Shown here one piece after another: positions 62,201 through 64,000 of a stretch of 64,000 bases of DNA. The notes beneath the pieces were generated by a model that was not told where the DNA came from, did not search any database, and saw nothing but the letters and a program-made list of their open reading frames with translations. Source of the DNA: Eutreptiella sp. 'Long Island Sound 2002'. Lineage: Eukaryota > Protista > Euglenida. The stretch is from NCBI GenBank assembly GCA_964036045.1, contig OZ038378.1, positions 35,712,001-35,776,000 on the forward strand, written 5' to 3'. Made by a program: the position numbers and the translations under genes. Numbering within the stretch: the first letter of the stretch is position 1; each line of letters begins with the position of its first letter.

Positions 62201-63900
62201 ATGTACCGAACCTCTGAGCTGTGGAGAAGGAAGTGTGTGTGCGGGTTGTCAGCCCCGAACGTAACGGGGAGGTATCCGCTATCCATTGTGGATGTCCACA
62301 CCGCATGGTGTGCCCCTTTGTGGAATTGGAATTCCCGGAAGGAGATCACCACGGGTAATTCTCTCGTGATCTCTGCCGGGGATGTGTCCCCATGGCCGCA
62401 TAGACAAGAATGGTGCCCCGGCATTGATTGTCCGGAAGGACATGTGTGGCTGCTGTGGCGAGTTGGGTCCCCGTTTGGGGTGGATATCATCAGCTAGATG
62501 GACTAGTTGACGTGCTAGATTCCATAGGAGTAGGCGTGGCGGTGGGGGGCAAGAGGAGGTGTGATGCTACGACGCCGCGTAGGGTTGTGTTTGGCTGTCA
62601 TGCATGTGTGGCGGGTTCCATTTGTGGATTCCTACGTGCATGGCTGCAAGTACCAAGATGTACCATCCCAACAGACTAAAGCAGTGCTACCTGTGCCAGC
62701 CATGTATTACATGGTGACGGCGGCGCAGCCTATATATTCTTGGTGCCTTGGGACACCAGGACGCCAGTTGTACGGTGCAGTGAAGTGCGCACGGAGGTGA
62801 CGTGGCCGCTCCACAAGAAGCCGTGCAACGGGACAAGGTAAGGGGAGGCAACGGGTACATTGACTGCGATGGGGTCCTTGTGACTGCCGGTGTCCACGTG
62901 TGGTGCGCACGTCTCAAGTACATCCATAAATGCAAGTCTGCCTCAGCCTCGAGTGGTAGCGCATCGTGGAAAGCCATCAATGTGGCCGGCGTTCTATGGT
63001 CCTCTTCTTACACTGCTTTTTTGGCGTCCGGGGACCTACCGAGTGCCGGCATCGGTGCCATGCCCGCCTCGCCCGATCGCAAGGCTGTTGGCATCAGTGC
63101 GGTGTCCTGTGCCGGCATCATTGCAATGCTAGGCTCGCCCGGAGGTAACGGTGCTGCAAGTAGTGTGGCATCCCGTGCGGGCATGAGAGCCAAGGTCCCC
63201 GCATTGGATGGCAAGAGTGCTAGCAGCACTGGGGCATCTAGTGCCGGCAACAGTGCGAAGCTCCCCTCGTCCGATTGCAAAGCAGCTGGGAGCAGTGCGG
63301 CTTCCAGTGTCGGCATCCGTGCCAAGCTGCCCTTGTCTACTGGCACAAGTAGCACCACGACTGCTACCACAACCACAACCGTTGGTGCTCGAGCTGCTAC
63401 TGTTGTTGCACACGGGGTTGTTGCTACCATCAACAACACACAATGCTTCTACACTTCCAAATGATGTGGTGACAGTGCCGCAGCTATTGGTGCCGCGCTG
63501 TGGCAATTAGCAACCTCCTTCAACACTTGGCTCGCATCTGTGCACCCGAACGTGGACCATTTCCTCACGGTCCAATCGTGGTTGGCATAGTAACCCGCTG
63601 CTGAAGTAGTAAATCGCACAATGGACACGCGAGACACAAAGCTAGTATCGGTGGGAGCGAACACCAAGCATGGAGACAAACCATTGCAAATGATGAAGTC
63701 AACTTGTTTGCACTGTCACCAGGGAACAAAGGAGGCAGGTAGGAGAAGGTCTCAAGCTTCTGGTTTTCAACAGGGGTCCAAATCCTCATGTCCTTTGGAG
63801 CACTGTTGTCCGCCATGGTCTACCACGAGGCGTGGCTGGCAGTACGGTGCAGCACCTGGTGGGCATCAACGCAGCCAAACATGGGCAGCTTCCACATGGC
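59260..63900 (-). mobile_element. Decayed APE-type LINE (L1/Tx1-like): ORF1 remnant, endonuclease, RT
   Basis: APE: RTINAG, VVISFREF, VIANIHGLFS (~62060-62430). RT: RGVKDGRPHSPALLVLV, FTFDIAII (~60500-60730). Domain 7 and thumb: FHYLGHL, RVQLFNAILLPRSNYG (59493-60449). Repeat-rich ORF1-like frame at 63008-63439. Boundaries are approximate. Confidence 0.85.
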
Positions 63901-64000
63901 CCAATATTGGTTGGCGTAGTAACCCGCCGTAGCTCTTGGTTGTGACGTCTCTAAGATGGCGCACCATGAACTGGTATCGTTGCGGCAACAAACTTGCCAC

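Noticed and set aside
1-64000. Most of the short 60-150 aa ORFs in the track; tRNA/rRNA genes; hammerhead ribozymes at the CTGATG repeats
   Set aside because: The ORFs are overlapping low-complexity frames expected in GC-rich DNA. No structural RNA signature or complete hammerhead core was seen.

Overview
TE-saturated eukaryotic genomic DNA: GC-rich, long G/C homopolymers, spliceosomal GT-AG introns. The organism cannot be determined; a protist or alga is my inference. Bases 1-10526 recur, apparently identically, at 25699-36224 (offset 25,698), ending at a 200-N gap. The only clear host gene is a Ctr/COPT copper transporter on the minus strand; three exons per copy were resolved and the 5' exon was not found. 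The rest is nested mobile DNA. (1) A 2.17-kb PHD-hAT deletion derivative with TIRs and an 8-bp TSD. (2) A hairpin-ended, TSD-less satellite element. (3) Two decayed LINEs. (4) MITEs and minisatellites. (5) An intron-containing RAG1/Transib-like transposase, split by a 12,243-bp hAT element with 14-bp TIRs and an 8-bp TSD. That hAT holds a ~1160-codon transposase and, upstream in the same orientation, a large Upf1/DNA2-like SF1 helicase ORF. The two ORFs share a nucleotide-level N-terminal repeat motif. All family assignments come from motif recognition by eye, not database searches.
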